Shown: positions 1 through 12,530, counted from the whole stretch's first letter. The stretch is DNA of 61,760 nucleotides, filler included, from Porpidia crustulata (GCA_964255105.1; 7 parts of 7 records of this genome joined end to end with filler, not necessarily neighbours in it), one strand, 5' to 3'. The notes: a model not told the origin generated them from the sequence alone. Made by a program: numbers and translations.

Positions 1-39
1 CCCACACACCATCCCTCACTCACCCACCCACCAACTCAC

Positions 40-2006
40 TCACGCCTTAGCAGTAACGACATTAAACCCCCGGAAATTCTGATCCAGCACCTCGCGGCAA
101 TCCTTCTGATAGAGCGGAAACCCACCGGCGTAATTCAGCTGCTCGCGCGGTTTCCCGGGGATGTTGGCGCCCATGTACTATCATCGCCACCAGCGTCAGT
201 AAACCCCATGCCCTGGTTCAAAAAAACAAAAAACTTTCGTCATGGAAGCCTGGCAAACAAAACTCACCCAGCTATTCGTCCCCGGGAACAGCGTCTTATT
301 GCTCAACTCCGTCACTTTACCCCTCCACTCCTCCTCGGCCTCGTGCGTGGCCTCGACGGTCCGGATCCCCTCGTCGCGCATCTTGGTAATGGCGTCGACG
401 ATCCAATCGCCCTGGACCTCGACGCAGGTGGGCCCGTTGCTGAAGGCCGTCGGGCCCTGGGCGCCGTAGAGGAAGAACATGTTCGGGTAACCCGCGCAGG
501 TCATGCCGAGGTAGGACCAGGTGCCCAAGCGCCACTTCTCGGCGAGGGGCACGCCGTCGACGGCGCGCAGGCCCATGTTCTTCATGCCGCCGGTGACGGA
601 GTCGAAGCCCGTGGCCAGGGCGATCAGGTCGACTTCGTGGAAGGTGCCGTCGGCGGTGAGGATGCCGGTGGGTTTGACCTCGACGATCGGGTTGGCTTTG
701 ACGTCGACGACGTTGATGTTTTCTTTGTTGAATTGCTCGTAAAAGTCCTGTTCTAGCGAGGGCCGCTTGGTGCCGAAGGCGTGGGGGGGTTCTAGGGGGG
801 CGAGGATGTCGCGCTTGCGTGGGTCCGTGATGCGGGCGCGGACTTTCTTCGCCCAGAAGTCGTAGGCGTGGCGATTCGCAGTGGTGTCGAAGAGCATGTC
901 TTTGTACGTGGCCAGCCAGAATTCGAAGCCACCATGTTCCCACAGGGTTTCGAAGAATTTCTCGCGCTCTTCGGGGGTGTCGTCGGCCGTATTTTTGTCG
1001 GCAAAGTCAAAGGGGAACCCGGCAAAGGTGGTTAGGCGGTGGCGGAAGAATTGTTCGTAGTCCTTTTTGCGCTCCTCCTGCTCCTCATGCGTCATTGTAG
1101 ATTGCTGCATGGGTAAGCAGAGATTCGGTGTTCGCTGGAAAACGGTCAAAGCCTTGGCCTTCTTCGCACACTCTTGTGCGATCTGGATTCCCGTGGAACC
1201 AGTCCCGACGACTGCGACCCTCTTGCCCGTTACATCGACATCCTCCTCGGGCCAGAAAGATGAATGATGCATCGTCCCTTCGAAGGTATCCAGCCCCTTC
1301 CAATCCGGGAAATGCCTCTTTGCCGCGAATCCAGTCGCAAGGATCAGATACTTGCACCTCGCGACCTTGCCATCTTCACTCCTTACGATCCATTGCTCCT
1401 TCTTGGCATCCCATTCGCTGTCCACGACCGTAGAGTCGAAGAATACGTCTTTCTTGACCTGCAGCTGCTTCTCCACGTGCTCGAAGTACGCCCTCAACTC
1501 CTTCCAACCAGGGTACTTGCACGACCAATTCCAGTTCTTCCAGATCTTGCCCAAGGAATACTCATACACCGGAATGGGACTATCGACGCGGGCTCCGGGA
1601 TAGCAGTTCCAGTGCCAGATGCCTCCTAGATCCTTGCCAGCCTCGAAGCATTTGACATTGAAGCCCAATTCATCTCGGAGCCTATGAAGAAGGTAGACCC
1701 CACCGAAACCAGCGCCGACGATCAAGACATCGGTTTCGATTTCAGTCTTGGCGACGTTAGCTGCGCCATTGGACAGGCCACTCGCTCCGGTAAGGTTTTT
1801 GCGGAGCACTTTGGATTTGTGGGTCGGAATGTTGGGAAGGGTGCCTGTTTGGACGCCTAGATGGGCGGCAACGGCGTGAAGACTGCAGCAGATTGAGCAA
1901 ATGGGACTTGCGAGACTCTGGAGGATACGACTTACACATTCTCTATCCCGTCCATCCTCGCCTCAAGCGCCGCCATCTTTGAGTCCGGGGTTCCATTCGC
2001 CGCCAT
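40..2006 (-). CDS. Type I Baeyer-Villiger monooxygenase (cyclohexanone monooxygenase-like), 3 exons
   Basis: Two Rossmann motifs (GAGFGG, GTGSTG), the BVMO fingerprint FEGTMHHSSFWP, GGIWHWNCYPGARVDS and ATGFD. ATG at 2006, a GTAAGT intron at ~1935-1883, a second intron at ~264-179, and a last exon YMGANIPGKPRE... ending at TGA 42-40. Confidence 0.93.
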
Positions 2007-2808
2007 GTTTGCTCCAATCGAGATATATAAAACAGATACGCGTACAGAGAAAGCTCAAGCTCTTGAATAAGAAGAGAAAGAGAAGTACCTCTACGAAAAG
2101 GACCTTAAGAAATACACACTCTCACAAGACAATCCATAGCCCCGCACCTCACAATCCCCTAAGCCTTAGGAGATACATATCTAGCATGTTTTCCGTTTCT
2201 CCTTCCCCAGATCCAGACCCCACATATTCCCATCATGTGGGGTAAAATAGTGCCCATCTTCCCCATATCTCAACGGCAGAAGCAAACGTACATCTTCCCA
2301 TCACCCAGAGGCTTAACCCCCCTTAGGGTGGGACCCATATCCAGTGGGCCGGCACTGTCCAAGACTATCCCGTCCAGCAGCTTTTGCCTGGCCTGGCTAT
2401 GCAACTCCTCTTTTTTCAAGATCCCTCGCGCTGGGGATTGGGAGCGAGGATCAGCAGATCTTTGGGGGACGAAAGGTAGGTCTGGACCGAGATTAACCCG
2501 AGAGAAAAACCAAAAACAGTGCGATAATGCACACGAGTCAGGTAGGAGACACGATATGCATGAGGAACATCGAAAATCGACATCAAGTTGTCAAATCGCA
2601 TCTCCAATCAGTTGATGTTGTCATGCAACCCTAGTTAGATCTGATAAGCCCCGGCTGGTCTCCACGGCTAGAGCTTGGTCCAGTAATTTGATGTTCATGA
2701 ATCCAACAGTAACGATTAATTATAATACACATCAAGTTATTTTGTTATACCCAAAACTCATCACAGCTCCAAGACTTGTCTACACCAACATGCTCAAACG
2801 TCACCGTC

Positions 2809-4551
2809 TCAACCTCCACCTGTCGTAAAGTCGCCTTTCTGTGTCAAACTACTAATCCTCCCCAGTAAGAACTCCAACTGCCTGTACGCAGCCCCTGGCG
2901 CATATTGAGGAATCTCATGTCCAGCGGTATCGACCGTCACCCACGTCAATCCTCTCTCCGTATGCGTAGTTCCCAAGTACCCTGCTCCAGCATCCTGCGT
3001 GAAAGGCGCAGTCGCTGTCCCCTGAGCCAAGTCTGACAAGCCAGGGTGGTATGGCACGAACAAGTTGTCCGAGGGGGCCTTTTGGAACCCTTGATGCCCG
3101 TTCCATGTCATGTTTTGGATGGTGACAAGGGATCCATTGGAGAAGAGGAGGAAATCGAGGAGGCCGTGGGCGATAATGGTGTTATTAGTGCGTTCGATAA
3201 CGCTAGGGAGGGGGCCAAGACCGCTAGGGACGGAGCCGTCACGGCCGCTGGGGGCAAAGAATCGGTACTCGCCGCAAATCAGGTAGTTTGTGGGTGGAGC
3301 GTGAATAGCTTTCTGGACATCGGTTCGGTTGAAGTAATCGTTGGGACCCCCGCCAAGGGATGGAAAGCCGAGCTGGTCCCAGAGGTAGGGGCAGAAGTCC
3401 GTAAGATGGTAGAAATTAAAGCAGGGGTTGACGTAGTAGGCGGCGGTGACAATGTCACTCCAGACATCGCAGCCTGGGACGGAGGAACTGGGGGCGGTTG
3501 GTAGCTTTCCCTTGGGAGGAAACTGGAGGGAGTTTTCCATGAATTTAGTGTAGCCGCATTTATCCGCACGTTGATTGATGTCGGCCATGAAGGTAGCGTT
3601 TAGGTTGATGACATTTTGGAAATAGTTCAGGGCCATGACAGAAGGAGCTAGATTTTGTTACTCAAGATTTTCTGGTACAGTCCGGATGGATATGCAAACC
3701 TTCTATAATGACATCGTCTTCATTAACGGATGGATCGATGATCTGGACTCCCTTGATATTGAAATATTTCTTGTCCTTTCTGTCCAACATGTCGCTCACA
3801 ATATATGGAATGTATTGTCCTGCGTAGCTCTCCCCAGCAACGTACACTTTGCGGCCATGCAAATTGAACGTGTCCACGAAGTTTTTCCAGAAATCGTTGA
3901 ATTGATGAGCGACGTCAATTTCATTCTTCACTGTAGGGGGCCCTGGTGAGAAGCCTGCTCCAGCCGGCTGGTCAATCCAGACCATGTTGGTAAGGTTGGT
4001 CTATGTAATGCAATGTCAATTTGAATCTAGCAAGCATATCTGGATTTCTTACCCATGCATATGGATTCTTGATCGGCGCATACGTGCCAGACTGCCACAG
4101 GAAAGGTCCGTTCTCTTGGAATAACCCGTCCAGGGAACTACATCCAGGACCACCGTTCAACCAGATAGTAATTTCATCTGAAGCCTTGGGATTCTCTGAA
4201 GGGAAGAACCAAAACCACAGGCTCGAGTTGCCCGAAGGGGTATTCGGTAGGGTTCCTGCATAAGATTCGCCCAGGTCAAAAGCAACCTCTGGAACGGCTT
4301 TGCCGTCAACAGCGAATTCTGGGCCAAGTCAGTAGGGATTTCCGAGATCTTGCTCTGGAACTGCTCCTACTCTTCGATTCCGGGTTTAAATACTGCGGTG
4401 CTCGTTTCTCGGCTTGAGATTTCACATCACGCGCGAGAATTGGTTTTGGGAGTATTGGTTTTTTGAACTGTGTGGCCCGCTTGTGTGGACTTTCAATCGC
4501 AGAAATGCATGTGCTCAGAAGCAACGCAGCTGAAAGAATAGAGATATGCAT
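2809..4551 (-). CDS. Secreted serine carboxypeptidase (peptidase S10), multi-exon
   Basis: Signal peptide [32 protein letters not shown], catalytic [14 protein letters not shown]. The ORFs are joined by GT-AG introns. Confidence 0.93.
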
Positions 4552-5941
4552 GCCGGGGGAAAGAGACGAGTAAAGATGTCGAAAGATGGAATGGAGAGGG
4601 GTCGAGATATATAGCAGTCTCCATGTCGGTAGGATAGTCCCAGTACCTGCCCACATTGGCACCCGGTACCTTGGTCGACGCTCAATCTCCTTGCAGCTTC
4701 GGAGTACATCGTAGCTCCACTCGGCGATGGCACAGTCATACGGTGCATCGCGTGCGCTCAAAGTCTTGAAGAGGAAGCCGGTTAGGACGTTACTGAGAAC
4801 GAAAAGCCCCTGCTAGCAATGTTAGCAGACTAACAGGCCTTTGTAAAGCAGTAGAAAGCATACGGAGTGGAGAACTGTACAAGTTGGCAGGTTTTCGCTG
4901 CAAGTTCTACAAGTCTCGAAAGCCCCGCGGTTCCCCGGGGGCCCAACCCATCACTAGCTCGGGATTTTAGGCTTGAAGACGCAGTACCTTCCCGATAGGG
5001 CAACACCGTTATGGATCATTCAACATTCAACCTCGCTTCCTTCTGTTAGTCCTCTCGCTTCTCATCGTCTGTCTCTCCTCGCAAACTACACTTCCCAATC
5101 TCCGCGGTCAACCCACAATTAAACAAGAACTCTCGGCACCTAAGGCTCTAGAGCATCCAGAAACTCATCCAAATAATCCTTCCAGAAGCCTTCGAAAGGC
5201 CCCAAACCTCAGTCGGACGGAGGAGGCTCCTCTGAAAGTATTATTTTTGGATCGTTGTGGCAGTTGCGGCAAACACTGCTGAGACAGGTTCACACGTCGG
5301 TGTTTGGTGGTTCTGGGTGGAGGAGAGGAAGCCCTACCGGTGACCCCATTTGTGAGCACGCGATCAGCTACTGTGGGAGAGGTATGAGATTGACCTTGAG
5401 GACGGGGTTCTGAGACAGGAATTCTTTTCGACAAAGGTTTTCTGGCCGCCATCGAGCTGCTTTCTTTCTCCTCGATAACGTTGACTCGTCGTGCTACGAC
5501 TGAGGGTCGGAATAGATGAAGGTACAGCTTGATCGTAGGGTTCTGCAATTCGTCACAAATAGATAGATATAATCTAGAATGGCTGGTATCATACATATTC
5601 CCAAAAATTGACGGCATCGACTTCCTTCTGCAGACAAGACCCCCAACAAGCTTGACGCTTCACCAAAACCATGTCGAAATTATCATCCTCATCTTAGGCA
5701 TTATTGATGATTAGATTTCTCTGCCTAGTCTTTGAAGTCATCTGCCCAGAAGAGTTCCACAGATTGCTAAATCCAAAGAAAAAAGCGGCGTTGTGATCCA
5801 ACTATGTACAAGAGAATAGATATCATATCTTCATCTCGAAAGCCTCTGGTGCCGACACCGTCGACTACGAGTGTTCGGAACAATTTACCAATTCACGGGC
5901 ATGCTTGCATGAAAAGAATATTCTGGATCCCGCCAGCCGTT

Positions 5942-7926
5942 TTACCACGTAAAACTCTCCTCGAGAAAATCAATGTTCCTCACCCCCTGCCGCTTCCTGA
6001 CCGCCTCCCGGACATCGTCAGCTAAGCTCCCGGGGCCGCACACACTAACCCCCATGCACCCGATTTGGTTCTCATTCTCCATCTCGACCAGCGTGTCCAC
6101 ATTCGGTTTCCCGGGGAACATCTGCACCGTCGAGCTGGGGCTATGGATCTCCTTTGTGCTCCTCGGTCTGGTGACGAATAGCTGTATCCGCAAGATCTCG
6201 CGCCGTCTGTCCATGGCCAAGATGTCGGTCATCCAGGGGCGAATCCACTCGAGGTGCTCGGGGGATTGGATCACCCAAATAAGAATGACGCGACGGGCAG
6301 CGACGGTGCCATTTGCAAAGCCAGCGACGAGGTCGCGCACGAAAGAAACCTGGTGGGTGATGCCAATACCGCCAGCGAACATCATGACGGTCCCGTACGA
6401 GTGAAGGACTTGAGAGCCACCATAAGGACCCTCGACCATGGCGTTGACGGTGACGCTGCCTTCGGGGTTTTGCTCGGCTTTTCTAAACAATTGGTTGGTA
6501 AAGCCGATACGGCGGCGAACGATGAGAGACATGGTCGTTCGCCGGTTTATAAGGATATCTTGGCGATTCATCGCAATGCCTTTCTCCGAATCAAGGTGCT
6601 CTTCGGAGCCGCTCCATGCGACGGAAAACGGATGCGAGGTCCACAGACCGACAGAGGGAATAGTTATAAAGACGTGTTGACCCGGTAAGAACGTCCACGG
6701 GCGAGTCGCTCGAAGGGTCACACGGACAGCGTCGCCAGGAAGAATTTCGAGCTCGGCTTTGGTACCACCTCTGCCAAAGTTGCGGTAGACCAGGATAACC
6801 ATGCGAATGAAACGCTGATGGAATCAGCATATATGATCACAAGTTTTGAATGATGAACATACCTCAATTGCCCAAATAATGATAACCGCTCCGAGCCAGC
6901 GCCGTTGTGGTAACCCTTGCAGGTGCATCCATGTAACGGTTAGCACGAGGATTACAAGTGCTATGTGCAAGTGTAAAAAGGTCTCGTAAAAGGCATGACG
7001 CAAAGCGGAGTTCGATTGTATAAATATCGCCAACATGGCAACAGTTCCCTAGAACGCCTGTCAGTAATTGCAGGTGTTTCCTTGGAAAGTTTGCACGTAC
7101 TATAAAACCAGATAATATCACTGTGCTTTGAAGTCCCATTTGGAAACCCTTGAACCCAGCTGTGACAAATCAGTAAGGGCAAATACTGAAAAAGCTGTTT
7201 GGACTCACGTTTGTAAGTCATGCTATAGACTTGAGTGATACTATGAGCCATCACCTCCGCAACTACGATACGTCCAAACCATCGATGGCACAGATTAAAC
7301 GTATCGAAGGAAATGTTGAGAACCCGGATTAGCAGGTTATTTCGACCTGCCATTATGACTAGCGGTAGCATGTTCAGAAGTGCAAGAGTACCAGTCCGCT
7401 GACGCAGATGATGTAACTTTATCATTTTGGGTCCGTCCCATTCAATTCCGTGTACAGAAAACACAATGTTCATGGCAATGACGGCCGTGAGGAAGACGAA
7501 CTGGAAGCGGCTGGGCAGAGCGCCCAGATTCGCCGAGGCCACTTTCACTGGCTGGCGATGCTGCCTGCGGAACAGGGGTGCGTAGATCAGGTGTTCTTTG
7601 ATGCTGCTAGACGTAGGGCCAGGTAGCTTGAAATACCGCTGTGTTTCGTTGTTGAGACACGTCAGGGTGCGGATATAGCGAACTGAATGAATGACGGCGC
7701 GGTAGATGCCCAGAGCAAAGACGACAGCGGCCAGGATCATTAACATGTATGCTCCATAGCGATCGTTGTTGACCTGTTCCGCGGCCAATGCCGCCGGCGA
7801 TTCTAGCGGCGGCGCTCTCTTGAGAATATCAATGCTCCCTTCTATGCTCTTCATGTCTTTGCCGAAGGCCAAATTTATAGAGGACGCTAGGAAGAGTTTG
7901 CGGCTCACAAGAGCCATTGTCGTCAT
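5942..7926 (-). CDS. Ferric/cupric reductase transmembrane component (FRE family)
   Basis: Heme-binding HRWFGR and FLHLH, FAD-binding HPFS, EGPYG, GGIGIT, CGPGSL, and C-terminal EESFTW. The start codon is uncertain (7926 or 7854). Confidence 0.92.
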
Positions 7927-8765
7927 TGAGGCCCTACACAGCGCGCTGAATGCGAAGCAGTGGTGTTTTGAGGCACTCAGAGTGCGGAATGAGTCCCTAG
8001 ATTGGTGCAGGTCTCTGAGAAATGAATGTAACGGAAGCCTCGGGCTACCTCGAATGTTTAGAGTTCCCTTTGTGAGCCAGCAACAAGGAAAGGTAATGAT
8101 CGTGGAGGATAAAACAAAGACGTCAACGGCTGAGTCGCTCTGAGAGTCGTTCAACGAATGAAGCAATGCGTAAGGCCTACATGAGAATGTTGTTAGGGAC
8201 GCAAAGCAAAAGTTGAAGCGGAGACTGAGGGAATTTCTGCAGTATGGCATACCCTGGAACTGACGTGGACTTATAGCACGGTCCAATGCTTTGCCAGTGA
8301 TCAATCCAATTTGACACCAATACCAAGATCCTAGTGCCAGTGTGAAACTCAATTGCACGTTCTTTTGGGGCGCTCAATCATGTATCGTGACGCGGTCAGA
8401 TGAGTGTGACTTTGCAGCTACTGGCGATCGGGCAGTGAACAATGAACGATGCCAACGACGACAATAACATAGATTCTAGAATGAGTGGAATCGACAACAC
8501 AGTTGCCCAAATGAATGATAACGACTAGGCTGGCTTCGACGTTTCCGACTTGACGAAGAAAGTGAAGGGGGGAAGTCGACACTGGAACAGAATCAATAAT
8601 ACAATAAAGAGTGAGATTTACCGATTAGGGAGATCTTGGAGAGGAGGAGAGGAGTTGGATAGCTTAGCGCCGGGAGTCCCTGATCTGACAGGGGTCCGAT
8701 CGAATTGAGAGAATCGAATGGGTCAAGTCTTCACTCACTATCCACTCACCCATTCACTATTCAGG

Positions 8766-8865
8766 NNNNNNNNNNNNNNNNNNNNNNNNNNNNNNNNNNN
8801 NNNNNNNNNTTAATTAATTAANNNNNNNNNNNNNNNNNNNNNNNNNNNNNNNNNNNNNNNNNNNN
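8766..8865. other. Artificial contig-joining spacer (N44-TTAATTAATTAA-N44)
   Basis: The identical 100-bp structure with a six-frame-stop linker recurs six times in the window. Confidence 0.98.
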
Positions 8866-8899
8866 GTTAGATAGCACCGTGCTTCATAGCCCTAGGCTG

Positions 8900-9340
8900 C
8901 ATAAGCACGTAAAAATGAAGAAATGAAAAAAAAAAAAACTAGATATCACATGAAATCTCTGCGGACGCAATGAAAAAGAAGAAAATTTTTCGTCGACGCG
9001 GCGCAGATTAAAGAAATCTTCATCGTTATATCTAGAATCATCGAAAAAATCTTCCAGAAATAATCGATATATCTTATTCACACTAATGAGTATCGAATTT
9101 TGCGATACAGATTTTTTTGGCCGCCCGCATGACACTTTGCTTTTCGTTTATTAGACGATGGGATAAATCAAGAAACGAAAGCATTCGGAATGCGTCGTTG
9201 CAACTTCGGAAGACCAAATGTCACAAGTCGTTAAAGTGAGTTTTAATATTGCTCTATTATGCTTGATCGTAACATTGTTCGACTGTGTGACTGCTTGACT
9301 ACTTGATTGTGACGTGAAATTATTTAATTGTTCAACTGTT
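8900..9340. repeat. AT-rich, probably RIP-like degenerated repeat relic
   Basis: Low GC, A/T runs and frequent TCGA/TCG at a contig edge. No coherent ORF. Confidence 0.45.
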
Positions 9341-9356
9341 AGTATTATGGTTCGGT

Positions 9357-9420
9357 AGCCAGGCAGCCAGGCAGCCAAACAGTTACGCAGCCAAACAGTT
9401 ACGCAGTCAAGCAGTCAAGT
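9357..9420 (+). repeat. Short tandem repeats (CAGCCAGG / CAGCCAAACAGTTACG x2 / CAGTCAAG x2)
   Basis: Read directly. AGTCAAGCAGTCA (9405-9417) is also the reverse complement of 9288-9300. Confidence 0.75.
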
Positions 9421-9664
9421 AATTGTAAAACTTGCATCAACTTTGAGCCTGTTAAACCCTGAAATCGGGACCAGGATTCCGAATACAACGATGAGCAGCG
9501 CCGCACACGATGAATTAATGATTAGATGAGAATAAGTAGATATATTGGTGTATCGACAAATATGCAATTTGATATGGCACAGCTTACAAATTTGCTTGGC
9601 CATCGCGATGTGTAGATAACAAACTTGGAGGGAAGAGCCAAACGCTGAAATTGTCATGTGGCGA

Positions 9665-10535
9665 CATTTGATAGTCACTGCTACCTTAAGATTGACGTAC
9701 TTAGTCTCTCCGTCGAAGTCCATCTCAATATCTCTCCATCTCATATATTCCAATTCATGATAACATCGGGTTTGCGCCACGTCTCCACTTCTGGCTCCAA
9801 GCGCTGCTACTAGGACAACGGACAGACATCTGGTCACGACAATGTCCCAATTGATGGATCCTTTGGAGTGCCAATGGTCGAGGTATGACCGAATCATTCG
9901 GGATAGTGTCATGAAGCCTAGCCAAGTCTTTTTATGGAAAAAGCCCTTCATGAGTCGTCCTGCTTTGAACGCGTCATCCATCCAGCACTGGAGCCGCAGA
10001 CTGTCACGCTTGCCAATCTTTAGTTGTTCTCCCCACGTGAAGTGGCCAAATTCAAGGAGACGTTCCAAAGCTGCAGTGATCGTCCCGCGGGAGGGAGCCG
10101 GCTTCTCGTTTCCTTGAGGTTTCATCTTTCCTAGTAAGGAACACGTGTCAGTTTAGATACGTTGGTAGCTCATCATTGGCCTTGATACAGTAGAGCCTGA
10201 ATGCAAAGAACCAATAACATAAAGGAGGAGAGTGCTCATCGATGATACAGTCGAAGAACCTGATGAGGTCATCTCCAGTGAATGGAGCTGTCAGGTTTTG
10301 TTTGAGAGTATGCTCTCGAAAGGCTCTGAACCTTTCGGTTCAGCGTAGCTATCTCTCAATGGTGCCGGGGGCACCAAACCCATATCCCAGATGCTTGACG
10401 ATCCTTGGCTGCATGCTCTATAACATGCGCTATGGAGGCTTGCCCTCTCGCGTTTGTCTGCTTGCTATGAGGGATAGGACCAAGGTCATTGTCGGACGAA
10501 TCGAACTCATTGGTATCGAGTGTTCTATCGGCCAT
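9665..10535 (-). pseudogene. Degenerate, 3'-truncated tyrosine recombinase (DUF3435 Starship-captain- or Crypton-like)
   Basis: Catalytic-Arg box LVAALGARSGDV followed by MRWRDIE and VAVTIK. The upstream exon has two in-frame stops and a frameshift. Intron 10239-10131 has an AT donor, a CTGAC branch point and a TAG acceptor, and removing it restores the frame. Confidence 0.7.
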
Positions 10536-10626
10536 GATTAATGTTGTCTATTGTCTCTGTTTTTCTCGTACGAGGGCTCATGCGAGGAGAAGAAGAAATG
10601 GTGTGGAAAGGTGAAGTCTAAAAGAT

Positions 10627-10726
10627 NNNNNNNNNNNNNNNNNNNNNNNNNNNNNNNNNNNNNNNNNNNNNNNNNNNNNNNNNNNNNNNNNNNNNNNNNN
10701 NNNNNNNNNNNNNNNNNNNNNNNNNN
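10627..10726. other. Scaffold gap (100 N) with duplicated flanks
   Basis: AAAGGTGAAGTCTAAAAGAT occurs immediately before and immediately after the gap, which suggests overlapping contig ends. Confidence 0.9.
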
Positions 10727-11288
10727 AAAGGTGAAGTCTAAAAGATGCGGAGGAAATGAGTTTCACGTCGACGTCACCTTCATAGGCAATGGCGAGGGTG
10801 AATTCACTCTCTTGAAGCAGAAGGCGGGGTCAGGAAAATGCATGTAAAGCGAATACTCAAAGGTCTGGAACTCTGAGAACCGAAAGAATCAATGGAGCAC
10901 ACCAACAGCACAGCCAGGGCCCTCGATAACACTCGAGATGGAGAACATTTCTACGAATAATTGCACTGTCAAGATAGGTGACGCTTGAAGCAAATTGACG
11001 CAACGTAAGAGTGCCCGATCCAATACCTCCAGATTAACTGTAGCGTGGCAATTGCTTGTTTACAAGTTACTGAAATGATTCGAGATAACTAGAAGCTGCT
11101 ACAACCTAAGAGATGCATCAAATCTGCTTAGGAAGAAGTCTGACCATGGAATGAAGATAAAAATGTCGAAGATATTGAAAATGACTGTATGATTGAGCCG
11201 AGCTTTTTTCTTTGGTTGCCGAGGCCACCCAGTAAGGTCTGGTTTGAGTAAGGACGTGTGACTTTTCATTATCGGGATGTTTGGCTTC

Positions 11289-11480
11289 TAATAATCGGGA
11301 CGCAGCAGCTGATCAACGTTTGTAGTTTTATGCTCTGCTTTGGCTAGTTTAATGTTTTCGATGATGACATCCATACGTGAACAGTTCTGAGTTGTTTTTG
11401 TCGGTATAGGCGGCAATAGGCTTGATGTTCCTCTGCTTCTGTCCACCAATTCTCACACTGAACAAGATGCGGGCCTAAGA
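11289..11480 (-). pseudogene. Relic of an SNF2-type helicase C-terminus
   Basis: HLVQCENWWTEAEEHQAYCRLYRQKQLRTVHVW resembles the SNF2 motif VI region (PWWN...EEQA..R.HR.GQ.R.VHV). It continues in another frame as DVIIENIKLAK...LLRPD. Confidence 0.6.
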
Positions 11481-12244
11481 CTTCGAGTGCATTGGATCCA
11501 GCTAATCGCCCCGTCCGCATCGTATAGAGTAACTCTTTGGGAATGCTGACCAAATGCTCCATTGTTCACCGGCGATGTAAAACCCTCAATTTACAGGCTC
11601 CCAAGGCAGGGGAGTTGAACATCCTGCTCCCAATGGAAGTGGACCACAAGGCTACAATGAGAGCTCCTTCACCCATGCACTCGTCATCGGGGTCAGTCAA
11701 CGCTTCCATCAAGAAAAGTGAACGAAGAACCTTCCTGCACTCGTTCAGGCTTGCGAGCATAGATACAGCGTCTGAAGCTCTGCTAGGTAAGCAAAAACAC
11801 TTCTCGTGGAGATTGCGAGCGATAAACAAAGCCTCCGAGAGCCAAACATGAGAAAGGACTAGGCTCAATCAGAAACGGTGGCCGTGATACAATGGACACC
11901 TAGACGGTGGAGGAGGCTGTTTCCGCTCTATAGCACTGGGCATCGCTTTTTCGGGGGGCGGGAGGTGGGGATGGTTACGATCAAGCCTCCCACTCCTCCC
12001 CAGCATCCCCAACAAGGATTCAGGGGTGGTCTTACTCTAACCCAATTGGGCCTAGCTTTTTGATTGTCTCCAAATCACCAAATTTATCGATATCCTAGAC
12101 CACGCCTATTTGGAATGCATCGGTCTATCGTGGGGATGCATTGAGAAGAATTTGCACTATTGTATATGTGAATCAAGTACTGTATATATAGTGTATATAT
12201 CTATTCCCCGAATTTACGATTAGGGACTGCCGTTTTCGTTCATG

Positions 12245-12390
12245 AAAGGGAACAGGGCCGCTTTAGAGGGAGCAAGGGGGCGCAGCGAGGGAACACTGAG
12301 GGAGCACGAGAAAGCACTAAGGGAGTATTGAGGGATCATAGGGTAGCATAGAGGGGGCATTCAAGTAGTGTAGGGGCACAAGATGGGAGC
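12245..12390 (+). repeat. Degenerate minisatellite, ~10-12 bp GAGGGAGCAC-like unit
   Basis: Successive units: gagggagcaa, gagggaacact, gagggagcac, gagaaagcact, aagggagtatt, gagggatcat, agggtagcat, gagggggcatt. Confidence 0.65.
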
Positions 12391-12530
12391 CTGAAATAGG
12401 ATCTCTTGGCTTTCGACCTGAGCTACCACCGGTTGCTTTGCGACTCCATAAGGCCCATTTGAATTATTACCCAGGATTCCACCAGCAGATCAAAGATACT
12501 TCAATTGTTCGAGATATCGCCTCATCAACA

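Noticed and set aside
208..1629. Long antisense and alternate-frame ORFs over the BVMO (and likewise over other genes)
   Set aside because: These are shadow ORFs caused by GC-rich codon usage and carry no motifs.
5165..5617. 150-aa minus-strand ORF
   Set aside because: No recognisable motif or splice structure, so probably intergenic.
7927..8358. N-terminal extension of the ferric reductase ORF
   Set aside because: Non-ATG start and non-protein-like composition, so likely 5' UTR or promoter.
10607..10746. 20-bp direct repeat as a target-site duplication or att site of the recombinase element
   Set aside because: The copies abut both sides of a 100-N gap, which is typical of an assembler overlap.
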